Origin: an uncultured Chloroflexia bacterium
Lineage (GTDB): Bacteria; Chloroflexota; Limnocylindria; QHBO01
Assembly (NCBI GenBank): GCA_963770875.1
Contig: CAVYRE010000001.1
Coordinates: 148,064 to 212,063, forward strand
Reading direction: 5' to 3'
DNA length: 64,000 nucleotides
This document shows, one piece after another, positions 49,455-59,161 of the stretch (position 1 is the stretch's first letter; every line of letters begins with the position of its first letter). The notes below the pieces were generated by a model that saw only the letters and a program-made list of their open reading frames with translations, was not told where the DNA came from and did not search any database. The translations under genes and the position numbers were made by a program.

Positions 49455-50445
49455 TCAAGCATCGGCCTCGAGCATCGCGGCGATCTCGCGGGCGTTGGTG
49501 GTGCCGTAGTTGGCGTAGCAGTTGTTCATCAGCAGGTGCACGTTCTGGGCCGATGCCGCCGCCTGCCGGATGCGGGGGACCCATTCGCCCAGCTCATCGG
49601 CGTCGTAGAGGTAGCGGAAGCGCTCGACCACCGGGATCCCCTTGGCCTCCCAGGTCTCGGTGCGCCGGCCATGGAAGCGGACCACCGCGAGGTTTGGCGA
49701 GGTGACGGCGACGATCGGCGGCAGGGCGGTCTTCGTCTGCGGCTCGTCGACCATCACGAACGGGATCTCGTACTTCTCCAGGAAGCTGATCGTCCGCTCG
49801 GCGTTCTTCTCGTTGAACCAGGTGTTGTTGCGGAATTCGACCGCCAGGCCGATGTCGCCCGAGCCGCTCCTTCGCCTCCACGATCGCGTCGCGGCTCTCG
49901 TTGGAGGGGAAGAACCAGCGCGGGTACTGGAGGAAGACGGCGCCCAGCTTGCCCGCCGAGTGGAGCGGCGCGATCCCGTCCTTGAACGCCTCCCAGATGG
50001 CGGTGCGAAGCTCCTCCGGCAGGTCCTTGCCGTAGATGCGGGTCTTGCCCTGCAGCTCGATGGGCAGCTCCTCGCGGATCTCCTTCGGCAGCCGCTTGAC
50101 CTCCGACGGCTGGGCGGTCATCAGGGCGTGGGCCTTGATGTCGAAGGTGAAGTCGGGCGGGGTGCGCTCGAGCCACAGCTCGCCCAGCCGCCGGGTCGGC
50201 AGGGCGTAGTAGGTGGCGTCGACCTCGACGATCGGGAACTGGTCGGCGTAGTAGCGCAGCCTCTCTTCCGCCGTCGTGGCGTCCGGCGGGTAGAAGACGC
50301 CCGGCTCGACCATGGTCGGATCGGTCCAGCTCGCGGTGCCGATGCGGACCGTCGCCGTGTCCACGCTGAGCGGGTGCCGCGCGGCCTCGACCTGCGCCTC
50401 GCCGCGCTCGGCGGAGGCGATCGGTCCGGGGTCGTGGTCCGTCAT
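49455..50445 (-). CDS. DUF72 (UPF0759) family protein, two frame disruptions
   Basis: MTDHDPGPIASAERGE... N-part, middle ...DIGLAVEFRNNTWFNEKNAERTISFLEKYEIPFV, C-part MVDEPQTKTALPPIVAVTSPNLAVVRFHGRR in three frames; one lesion is an extra G in ctcGGGcgac. Confidence 0.6.
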
Positions 50446-53400
50446 CACGTTTCGACGGCGCCGCGGACCTCGTCGACCTCGAACAGGAAGAGCTGCGCGT
50501 CGCACTCGATGAGGATCTCGCGGGCGCGGTCCAGGACCTCCGCGGGGTCCTCGCCGATCCGGGTCATCGCGCGGCCGAGGTCGACCATGGCCAGCGCGGC
50601 GCAGACGCGCATCTCGAGGCGCTCGAACTCAGCCACCGCCTCCCGAAGGATCGCCACGGCTCGTTGGGGATCGGGCACGAGCAGGCCCGCGATGTTGCGG
50701 GCGTGGGCTGCGCTCTGAACCGAATCGGTCGACGCGTCCACGTCGCGGAAGGTGGCGGCAAGGGCGGTGTCGCCTGCCAGCAGGAGCGCCCGGACGCACT
50801 CAGTGAAGGCCTCGGGGTTCGTCTCGACGCTGTGCGCGCGGACCAGCAGGGCGGATTCGACGAACTTCTTCGCCGCCAGGGCCCGGTCATGCCGGCCCTG
50901 CGCGATGTACGCGTCGAGCGCCGCGATGAAGTAGGCGGCCTGCGGCTCCGGGTTGGCCAGCAGGAGCCGCTCGGACTCGTTGCGAATTTCCAGCCCCTCG
51001 TCGATGCGTCCGCGCATCAGCACGGCCGCGGCCAGTGCTCCCAAACGCTGACCCGTCAGTGGCTCATCCGTGGCCCGCCTGGCAAGGTCAACGGCCTGCC
51101 GCTGATAGCGCTCCGCTTCCTCCAGGCGGCCGAGAAGGAGCATCGTGTCGCCCAGGCTTCCCGCGATCCACCCGCTCATCTGGATGATCCCGGCGCGCAA
51201 TGCGAGCTCGAGTCCCTCCATCAGGACCTCGGCGGCAGCCGTCGGACCAGGTGAGGCGCCCCGAACGGTGGAGAGGTTGTTGTAGGCTCGGAAGAGGTTG
51301 CTGGTGTCGCCGGCCTCTTTGGCCAGGATGAATGCCTCCTCCATGAGCCGACGGAATTCGGCGAACCTCCCGAACGACAGCTGGCAGACCGCCAGCGTCT
51401 GGGTGGCCTCCGCGCGAACGAGCTTCGCGTCCACCCGCGCCGCCATCTCGATGGCCCTGCGCAGGAGCGGATCGGCTTCAGGCAATCGCCCTCGTCGCCA
51501 GAAGAACCAGCCGAGCCGATGGAGCGCGTCGGCGAGATCGGCACTCTCTCCGAGCGGCTCGAGCGTCTCGATCGCGATGCGGCCAGCCTCCTCAGCTTCG
51601 TCGTGCCTCGACTGCTGCATGAGCGCGATGACGAGTCGGGCATTGACCCATCCGACGCCGCCGAGGTCGCCTGCCGCCGTGAAGATCTCGATGGCTCGAC
51701 GGGCCACGCGCTCGTTCTCGGCGCTGCTGTCCGGCCCGCCCGTTGTCGCCACGTGCTCTCGCGCGAGCGGCGCTCGCTCGGCCGCTGGGATGTCGAGGCG
51801 GTCGGCCAGCCGTTCTGCCTCCCGGAACCAACGGGTGCTTTCGGCAACCAGACTCAGCCCGCGGGTACGGCGAGCAGCCGCCCATGTGTCCCCGAACGCC
51901 TTCCGCTCGACGTCGGGACGCCGCTCCCCCAGCTCCTCGAGGTAGCGGAGCGCCTCGACCTCGTGGGTGGCGATCAGCTCGGCGATCTCCTCGGCACGGT
52001 CGCCGGCCCGCTGCTCCGCCCAGCGGGCAACGCCCAGGTGCATGTCGGCGCGGAGCGATTTCGGCAGCGAGTCGTACGCACCGTCCCGGATCAGGGCGTG
52101 ACGGAATGCGAACTCGTGCTCGTCGCGGAAGGAGGAGGGTTCGTGTTGGGCGATGAGCTCCTTGACCCGGAGCCGGCCGAGCGCGTCGCGCACCTCGCCG
52201 ATCGCCTTGCCGGTCAGCTCGACGACCGCGCCGACCCAGAAGACGCGGCCCACCACGGCCGCGTCCTGGAGGACCTGCTTCTCGTCGTCGGGCAGGCCGT
52301 CGAGGCGCGCCGCGATGAGGCCCTGCACGGAGCGGGGGAGCTCCAAGCCGGCGAACGGTTTGGCGACCTCCCAGCTGGACGCATCCGTGGCCCGCAGCAC
52401 CCCGTCGTCGATCAGCTTGCGGACGATCTCCTCGACGTAGAGGGGGTTGCCCTCGCTCCGCTCGACGATCGTCCGCTTGAGCTCCGCCTGAATCGGCCCC
52501 GGCAGCAGGTCGTCGAGCATCGCCGCGCCCTCGGTGGCCGAGAGGGGATCGAGATAGATCGAGGTCGCGTTCCGCTTTCCGCCGCCCCAGGTGGGGCGCT
52601 TCTCGAACAGCTCGGCGCGGGCAGTCGCAATGACCATGATCGGGCCCTGCGCCCAGTCCGAGACATGCTCGATGAAGTCGAGCAGGCCGTCATCGGCCCA
52701 TTGGATGTCCTCCAGCACCAGGACCAGCGGGTAGCGCGCTGCCAGCCGCTCCAGGAATCGTCGCCACGCTTCGAACAGCTCCTCGCGGCTCAGGTCGCGC
52801 GACTCGCCGGCGCCGACCAGCGCGCGCAGCTGCGGCGCGATGCTGTCGTCACCGAACAGCTCCCGGGCGGCGGCCTCCGCCTTCCCCGCCGCGACTTCGG
52901 CGGTGTCGTCGTCGAAGATCTCGCATTGCGCCTTGATGGCGTCGGCGAGCGCGGAGTAGGAGGTGTTGCCATAGGCCAGGCATCGGCCCCGCCGCCAGTA
53001 CGCGATCTCCGGCAGGGGCTCGACGTAGCGCTCCAGCTCAGCGATCAGGCGTGACTTGCCCACGCCCGCCGGCCCGATGACGGTCACCAGGGCGGGCTGT
53101 CGATCGGTCTGGACCCGATGGAAGGTCTGGGTGAGGACCGCCAGCTCCTCGTCGCGCCCGACCATGGTCGCCTCCAGGCCGAGGCGCGGGCGCTCGCCGC
53201 GGGTCCGGGCCTTGATGCGCAGGGTGCGCCACGCCGGCACCGGCTCGGCCTTGCCCTTGAGGTCGAGCGGGGAGAGCTCCTGATACTCGATGACGTCCTT
53301 CGTGCTGGCGTGGACGCTTGGGCCCACCACCACGTGGCCGGGTTCTGCCGCCGTCTGGAGCCGGGCGGCCGTGTTCACCGCATCGCCGGTCAGCATCCGG

Positions 53401-53866
53401 TCCCGCGGCCCGGACGCGCGTTCGACGTCGACCAGCACCTCGCCGGACTCGATCCCGATCCGCATCCCGAGCGTCGGCTTACCCTCGGCGGCGAAGCCGC
53501 GGTTCAGCTCGGAGAGGATCGCCTGCATCTCGAGGGCTGCGCGTACGGCGCGCTCGGCGTCGTCCTCGTGCGCACGAGGGACGCCGAAGACGGCCAGGAT
53601 GCGTCGCCCATGAACTTCTCGAGCAGTCCCTCGTGGCGCCCGATCTCCTCTGCCATCCGGTCGAAGGTGCGGCCGATGACCGACTGCACGACCTCCGGAT
53701 CCTCGCGCTCAGCGAGGGCCGTGGAGCCAACGAGATCGGCGAACAGCGCCGTGGCGAACTTGCGCTCCTTGCGCGTGGTGTGCGCCGCGGTGAGCGTCGT
53801 GCCGCAGGCGTTGCAGAAGCGGGCGCCTTCCGGATTCTCCTGGCCGCACGAGGGGCACGTGAGCAT
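50445..53866 (-). CDS. zinc-ribbon + class III nucleotidyl cyclase + STAND/AAA ATPase + TPR regulator (about 1140 aa), one frame disruption near 53587
   Basis: MLTCPSCGQENPEGARFCNACG; cyclase FADLVGSTAL...KFMGDA|ILAVFGVPRAHEDDAERAVRAALEMQAI (one base missing); P-loop VIGPAGVGKSRL; long TPR-like C-terminus. Confidence 0.75.
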
Positions 53867-53997
53867 GTGCGAACCCTACGCCACGCGGCCTCGCCGCAAC
53901 AGGGCGCTCGAGTCGGTGGCGCCCGGCCTCGACCTGCGCCTCGCAGCGCTTGGCGGAGCCGATTGGACTCCCGGCCGATGTGCTACCGTTGTGCGTC

Positions 53998-54303
53998 ATG
54001 AGCCCTCAGAAGCGCAGGCCGGATCGAGTTGGGGTTCGCGAGCTGCGCCAGAACCTGTCCGTCTACCTCAAGCATGTGCGCGAGGAGGGGCGCGCCTACG
54101 AGGTGACGGAACGGGGCGAGCCGGTGGCCCACCTGACGCCCCTGCCGGATCGGCCCACCTCGACCTACGAGCGGATGCTCGCGGAGGGCAGGATCACGCT
54201 CGCCACGCGGCGCTGGGAGGAGATGCCCGAGCCGTTGCCGCCCGTGCACGGCAAGCAGGTCTCCGAGGTGCTGCGCGAGATGCGCGACGAGGAGGAGTGG
54301 TGA
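53998..54303 (+). CDS. Phd/YefM-family antitoxin
   Basis: RVGVRELRQNLSVYLKHVREEGRAYEVTERGEPVAHLTPL. Confidence 0.75.
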   Translation: MSPQKRRPDRVGVRELRQNLSVYLKHVREEGRAYEVTERGEPVAHLTPLPDRPTSTYERMLAEGRITLATRRWEEMPEPLPPVHGKQVSEVLREMRDEEEW

Positions 54304-54695
54304 AGGGTCGCGTCTACCTGGACGCGTCGGCGGCGGTCAAGCTCGTCGTCAGCGAGCCGGAGTCGAAGTCCCTGAGGGGTTTCGTGGATGACCGCGTGGC
54401 GCGGGTGAGCAGTCGCGTGCTGGCGGTGGAGCTGCTGCGCGCTGTGCAACGTGCCAACCCGGCCTCGCTGGGCCAGGCGCAGTCCCTCCTCAGTGTCTTG
54501 GAGTTCGTGGAGCTGGACGTGTCGATCGCCGCCCGGGCGGCCGCCCTGGAGCCCCCCGGCCTGCGATCGCTGGATGCGATCCACCTGGCCTCCGCCCTCG
54601 AGCTGGGCGACGAGCTCGATGCGTTCGTCACCTACGACGCTCGGCAGGCGGATGCGGCCCGGGCGCTGGGCCTCACGGTATCGTCGCCCGCATGA
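54300..54695 (+). CDS. vapC: PIN-domain toxin VapC
   Basis: GTG start overlapping antitoxin stop; VKGRVYLDASAAVKLVVSEPESK...SLDAIHLASAL. Confidence 0.8.
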   Translation: MKGRVYLDASAAVKLVVSEPESKSLRGFVDDRVARVSSRVLAVELLRAVQRANPASLGQAQSLLSVLEFVELDVSIAARAAALEPPGLRSLDAIHLASALELGDELDAFVTYDARQADAARALGLTVSSPA

Positions 54696-55844
54696 CGGAG
54701 CGACGGTCGCGCATCCAGCTTCGCCTCCCGGGCCTTCGGCGCGGCGCCGAGCCCGATCCGCATGCCACGGCCCCCGAACACACCATGGAGCCCGGCCCGG
54801 AGCCCGAGCCGGTGCCGGTCGAGCAGAGCGTGGTGGATGCCGCCATCTATCGCGACGGCGCGCGGACCAGGTCTCCGGCCACCGTGGCCGATACGGCCGC
54901 CCAGCTGCGGGCGACGCCGGGCGCCATGGCCTGGATCGGGCTCTTCCGCCCGGACCCGCGCCAGCTGCACGCCGTGGCCGAGGAGTTCGGGCTGCACGAG
55001 GTGGCCGTCGAGGACGCCATCGTCGCCCATCAGCGCCCAAAGCTCGAGCGCTACGACGAGATCCTCTTCGTCGTCCTGCGCGCCGCCACCTACCTCGACG
55101 ATGTCGAGGAGGTCGAGTTCGGGGAGATCCACGTCTTCATCGGTCCTGACTTCATCATCACCGTTCGCCACAGCGCGACCCCGGACCTGCACGCGGTGCG
55201 CAGTCGCATGGAGGCCGATCCCGGATCTCCTCCGCCTGGGCCCCGAGGCGGTCCTGTACGCGATCCTGGACGGCGTGGTGGACGGCTACGCCCCGGTGGT
55301 GGCGGGGCTCCAGAAGGACATCGACGAGATCGAGACCGAGGTCTTCGGCGGCGACCCGAAGGTGAGCCGTCGCATCTACGAGCTGTCGCGCGAGGTGATC
55401 GACTTCCAGCGCTCGGTCCGGCCGCTGCTCGGCATGCTGAGCGGCCTCGAGCAGGGGTTCGAGAAGTACGGGACCGATGAAGAGCTACGCCGCCGCCTGC
55501 GCGACGTGGCCGACCACACCACCATCGTCGCGGAGCGCGTCGACGGCTTCCGCCAGATGCTGTCCGACATCCTGACGGTCAACGCCACGCTCGTGAACCA
55601 GGCCCAGAACGAGGAGATCAAGGCGCTCACGGTCAGCACCTTCAACCAGAACGAGCAGGTCAAGCGGATCAGCGCCTGGGCCGCGATCCTGTTCGCCCCG
55701 ACCCTCATCGGCACCGTCTACGGCATGAACTTCCTGGACATGCCCGGCCTGCGCGAGCCGTGGGGATTCGCGTTCTCGGTGGCCCTGATGCTCGGCGTCA
55801 GCCTGGGGCTGTACCTCGTCTTCCGGCGGCGCGGCTGGATCTAG
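54692..55844 (+). CDS. corA: magnesium/cobalt transporter CorA, frame disrupted near 55215
   Basis: YGMNF motif and two C-terminal TM helices; junction ...RSRMEADP|DLLRLGPEAVLYAILDG requires removal of one G (cccGgatc). Confidence 0.8.
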
Positions 55845-55852
55845 CCGTCGAC

Positions 55853-56164
55853 CTACCGGTCCCTGCGCGACCCCGAGCGGCCCATGCCCAGGAAGCCGCC
55901 GCCGAACAGGATTCCGGCGCCCAGCACGAAGCCGAAGTTGTACCAGTTGCCGTCGTTGTGCACCTCGTAGAGGTTCACGGTCTTGTTGAACAGCGAGATG
56001 ATGAAGGTGATGGGGGAGATGATCCCGTGCCACAGGCCGAGCCAGAATCCGGCCACCTGGCCGCCGTCGGGCGGGACGCCCACCTGCGGATTCGCGCCCG
56101 CGGCGCACGCCGTCAGCACCAGCACCACGATGATCAGCCCGGTGAGCAGCTGCCCGTTTCGCAT
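55853..56164 (-). CDS. small secreted/membrane protein (possible lipoprotein)
   Basis: MRNGQLLTGLIIVVLVLTACAAGANPQ... signal-like N-term then hydrophobic segments. Confidence 0.45.
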   Translation of the reverse strand: MRNGQLLTGLIIVVLVLTACAAGANPQVGVPPDGGQVAGFWLGLWHGIISPITFIISLFNKTVNLYEVHNDGNWYNFGFVLGAGILFGGGFLGMGRSGSRRDR

Positions 56165-56205
56165 GTCGCCTCCTCTTGCCCTAGTTCGGGAGATATAGCT
56201 CGCGA

Positions 56206-57471
56206 TCACCAGTTCGAGCTGGTGGCCGGCCAGGCACTGTAGGCCCAGTCGATGATGCTTGGCGCTTCCGTGCCGCTCATCACGTTGTAGACCATCGGCT
56301 TCAGCTGGCTCCCGTCCGCGCACCCGGTGTTGAGGCTCTCGGCCATGAGCCACAGCTGACTGTTGTTCAGGAAGACCGGGTAGTTGTGAGCGCCGGAGCC
56401 GATCCGTTTCGGGCTCCCGCCGTGCGCGAGGTCAACGAGGTAGACGTCGTGGAGGTAGTTCGGGATGTCGACCGCGTAGGCGAGGAAGCGTCCATCGGGT
56501 GAGATGGTGGGGTAGTACCAGGTGACGCCGGTGAGGAACCGCTGCGCGGTTGCGCCGCTCGTCCATTTCCAGATGTCCGTGCCCTGGCGGTAGTAGAGCG
56601 CATCGCCGGTTGGAGACCAGACCGCCATCGCCGGCCAGTTCGGCTCCGTCCAGTCACCTGCCGGCGGGAGCACCGAGAAGACCACGGTGCCGCCGTCCAC
56701 CACGAGGAGGCTGGCCTGGGTCTGAAGCGGCTGGTTCAGGACGTAGAGCCGGTTGCCCGATGGGGTGAACTCGCCATATCTCGAGTCGTCGGGCGAGCTG
56801 CATCGGCCCTCGTTCGTGTCGAGCAGGGTGGCGACGACACGGTCGCCGGCTGCGGTGGTGATGTGGATCATGTCGCTGCGGCTGCCCTGCGGGTCCACCG
56901 ACCGCCACACGATCTGGTCGAGCGCCGGAGAGACGGTGATCAGCTCCGAACCCCAGCCCGGAGTGAGCGGCAGCTGGAACCAGTGGAAGCGCACCTCCGG
57001 CAGGTCGACCACCGCGCCGGCCCTGCCGGCGTTGATCAGGGCGTGCCGGCTATCGATGAGCTGCATCGGCGAGGCGCCCAGGTTGCAGACCGTCGTGGGA
57101 TGCGCCACGTCTGCGTAGTCGCGCAGCACGAAGTCGCCTGGCTTCTCCGGCGTCCCATGCAGCTGGACGACCGCGACCGGGTCCTGCGCACCGATCGGCC
57201 CCGTACAGGTCACGGCGTTGAGACCCGTACCCGGCGGCTCGCTGCCTGGCAGGACCGGGAACGAGTCGCTTCTCGGGCCAGGGATGCCGGTGGGGAGCGC
57301 GGTTGGCGAGGGGACCTGCGGGGAAGTGCTCGCCGCGACGCTGCTCGACGCAGGGATCGAGGGGGAAGTGGTCTGTTGCAGCGCGGCGCGGCACCCGCCG
57401 ACCGCCAACACCAGCGTCATGCCTGCAACCACCCCGGCGAATCGCTGGGTTGTCCCTCCCCGGTCAACCAC
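56206..57471 (-). CDS. lipoprotein with beta-propeller (TolB/WD40-like) region
   Basis: Lipobox LAVGGC; Pro/Ser-rich linker; repeated propeller-like blades (YYRQG, WSPTGD, ISPDGRFLAYAV). Confidence 0.6.
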   Translation of the reverse strand: MVDRGGTTQRFAGVVAGMTLVLAVGGCRAALQQTTSPSIPASSSVAASTSPQVPSPTALPTGIPGPRSDSFPVLPGSEPPGTGLNAVTCTGPIGAQDPVAVVQLHGTPEKPGDFVLRDYADVAHPTTVCNLGASPMQLIDSRHALINAGRAGAVVDLPEVRFHWFQLPLTPGWGSELITVSPALDQIVWRSVDPQGSRSDMIHITTAAGDRVVATLLDTNEGRCSSPDDSRYGEFTPSGNRLYVLNQPLQTQASLLVVDGGTVVFSVLPPAGDWTEPNWPAMAVWSPTGDALYYRQGTDIWKWTSGATAQRFLTGVTWYYPTISPDGRFLAYAVDIPNYLHDVYLVDLAHGGSPKRIGSGAHNYPVFLNNSQLWLMAESLNTGCADGSQLKPMVYNVMSGTEAPSIIDWAYSAWPATSSNW

Positions 57472-57544
57472 GCCGGCAGCCTACTCCTGGGTTTCAGCGA
57501 TGAACAGAGGCACGCGAGCGCTGGCGCCCACCTGCGCGCTCGCG

Positions 57545-57672
57545 TGGTCATGGGATGGTTACAACGGGGAAGATGAGTCGCCCTGATCGTCGGGGGAGTC
57601 ACGGGGTGACTATTCGGCGGTCAAGGGCCGTCGATCCGGCCCTTCTTCGCCGTTGTGGTCACCAGGTGGCTG
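57545..57672. repeat. MITE-like element with ~20-bp terminal inverted repeats (family B, copy 1)
   Basis: GTGGTCATGGGATGGTTACAACGGGGAAG ... CTTCGCCGTTGTGGTCACCAGGTGG; homologous in inverse orientation to 61885-62018. Confidence 0.6.
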
Positions 57673-57815
57673 CGGCGCAGCCCCGAACCCATTGGCTCGG
57701 TCCCTCTGGCCCGCTTCAACCGGGCGTGGACCATGAGCGCCGCCAGAAGCTCGTGGAACGGGCCTCTACGCGGACGCGGATTGACACCCGGATCCGGACC
57801 CATCATGCTGTGCGC

Positions 57816-58076
57816 ATGACGACCAAGGAGAAGCGGACCTACAACCTGACCGCGGCGACGGTGCGTGCCGTCCGCGAGCTGGCGGACGAGTACCACGCCG
57901 CTCCCACCCAGGACGCGGTGGTGGAGCTGGCCGTCTCGGAGCTGGCTCGCCGGCTGCGGGACGAGGCGGAGTCGGCGGCCTGGGAGAAGGCGGCTGCGGA
58001 CGCAGCGTTCCGCGCTGAGGCGCAGGAGATCGAGGACGCCTACCACGGCGCCGATCGCGAGACGTGGCCGGCCTGA
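57816..58076 (+). CDS. ribbon-helix-helix antitoxin
   Basis: MTTKEKRTYNLTAATVRAVRELADEYH...; track ORF N-extension lies inside the MITE-like repeat and is not coding. Confidence 0.6.
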   Translation: MTTKEKRTYNLTAATVRAVRELADEYHAAPTQDAVVELAVSELARRLRDEAESAAWEKAAADAAFRAEAQEIEDAYHGADRETWPA

Positions 58077-58453
58077 GCATCGGGCCCTTGCGCTGGGGGG
58101 TCGTGGTGGTGGCGCTCGACCCGGTCAAGGGCCACGAGCAGGCGGGGACCCGCCGCGCGCTGGTGGTCTCGTACGAGCCGTTCCATCGGTCCGGGCTGAT
58201 GACGGTCTGCCCGATCACCGCTGCCCGATCCGAGGCGCGCTATCCCGGCGACGTGCCGCTGCCTGCCGGCCTGGCCGGCCAGACGAAGGCGGGGGTGATC
58301 GTCTGCAGCCAGGTCCGCACCATCTCCGCGCATCGGCTGCGCGGCGCGCCGGTGGGATTCCTGACCGATGCCTCCCTGCGTCGTCGCGTGCGCCAGGCGC
58401 TTGCTCATCACCTGGGCCTGGACGTCCCCGCGGTCGTGGACGCCACGGCGTAG
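58064..58453 (+). CDS. MazF/PemK-family toxin
   Basis: VVALDPVKGHEQAGTRRALVVSYEPFHRSGLMTVCPITAA...SQVRTISAHRL. Confidence 0.7.
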   Translation: MAGLSIGPLRWGVVVVALDPVKGHEQAGTRRALVVSYEPFHRSGLMTVCPITAARSEARYPGDVPLPAGLAGQTKAGVIVCSQVRTISAHRLRGAPVGFLTDASLRRRVRQALAHHLGLDVPAVVDATA

Positions 58454-58645
58454 GAGCTGCCTGAAGCGCCGCTGCCGGGCGTCGCTCGCCGTTGCCCGTG
58501 AGGTCACGTTCATTTAGGGATGCTAGGGGGTAGTTTTGTGCGGTTAGGTGTGGTAGAAGAACTGCCTCACGTCGGCGTCAGAAAGCGGGGCAGCGTTCGC
58601 GCGAACCCGAGGTTCGGGTTCGCAGCATTGCGAGGGACGTATCGA

Positions 58646-59128
58646 ATGACACCGAGATCACTTCACAGCGCCGTGCTGGAGGTGGGCCTCTACTACGAGA
58701 AGCGCTGGACGGTCGACGAGATCGCCCGATTCACCTTTCGACTGAAGCGTCGCCGGCTCCGCGCCGAGAAGCGGGAAGCTCGAGCGCGCCGGGCTGCGAG
58801 GCCGATCCCGCTCCGCGTCGCCTACCAGATCGGGCCAGGTGGAAGCCGACCCGAGGCCCAGGTTCCGGTCATGACACAGGCCGATGCGCGGAAGGCCAAC
58901 CAGCGGCTGCTCGAGCGCGTCCGGGCCCAGCTCAGCCGGCGACTGATGCGCGCCGCGGAGAAGGAGCGCATCGACCTGCCATGCCTCGTGTGCGGGAGGC
59001 CCGCCACCGGCTGGACCTACCTGAGCCGTCATCACAACAACGTGCTCGCCACCGACGCATACGCCACCTGCGGCGCACACCGCTCGGAGGAGTCCGTGAA
59101 GCAGCTCGCGGGGACCGGCGCGCGATAG
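58646..59128 (+). CDS. hypothetical protein with C-terminal Cys/His cluster
   Basis: ORF preceded by AT-richer stretch; ...LPCLVCGRPATGW...ATCGAH. Confidence 0.35.
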   Translation: MTPRSLHSAVLEVGLYYEKRWTVDEIARFTFRLKRRRLRAEKREARARRAARPIPLRVAYQIGPGGSRPEAQVPVMTQADARKANQRLLERVRAQLSRRLMRAAEKERIDLPCLVCGRPATGWTYLSRHHNNVLATDAYATCGAHRSEESVKQLAGTGAR

Positions 59129-59161
59129 GACCTGCCGAGAGGCGTGCCCAGCTGCACCACC

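Noticed and set aside
57555-57815. N-terminal 87 codons of track ORF 57555..58076
   Set aside because: Lies within the family-B inverted-repeat element and in RG-rich junk; RHH antitoxin start placed at MTTKEK
58064-59128. Possibility that MazF-like gene and the following ORF form a larger system
   Set aside because: No shared overlap or motif; AT-rich patch between them suggests independent transcription
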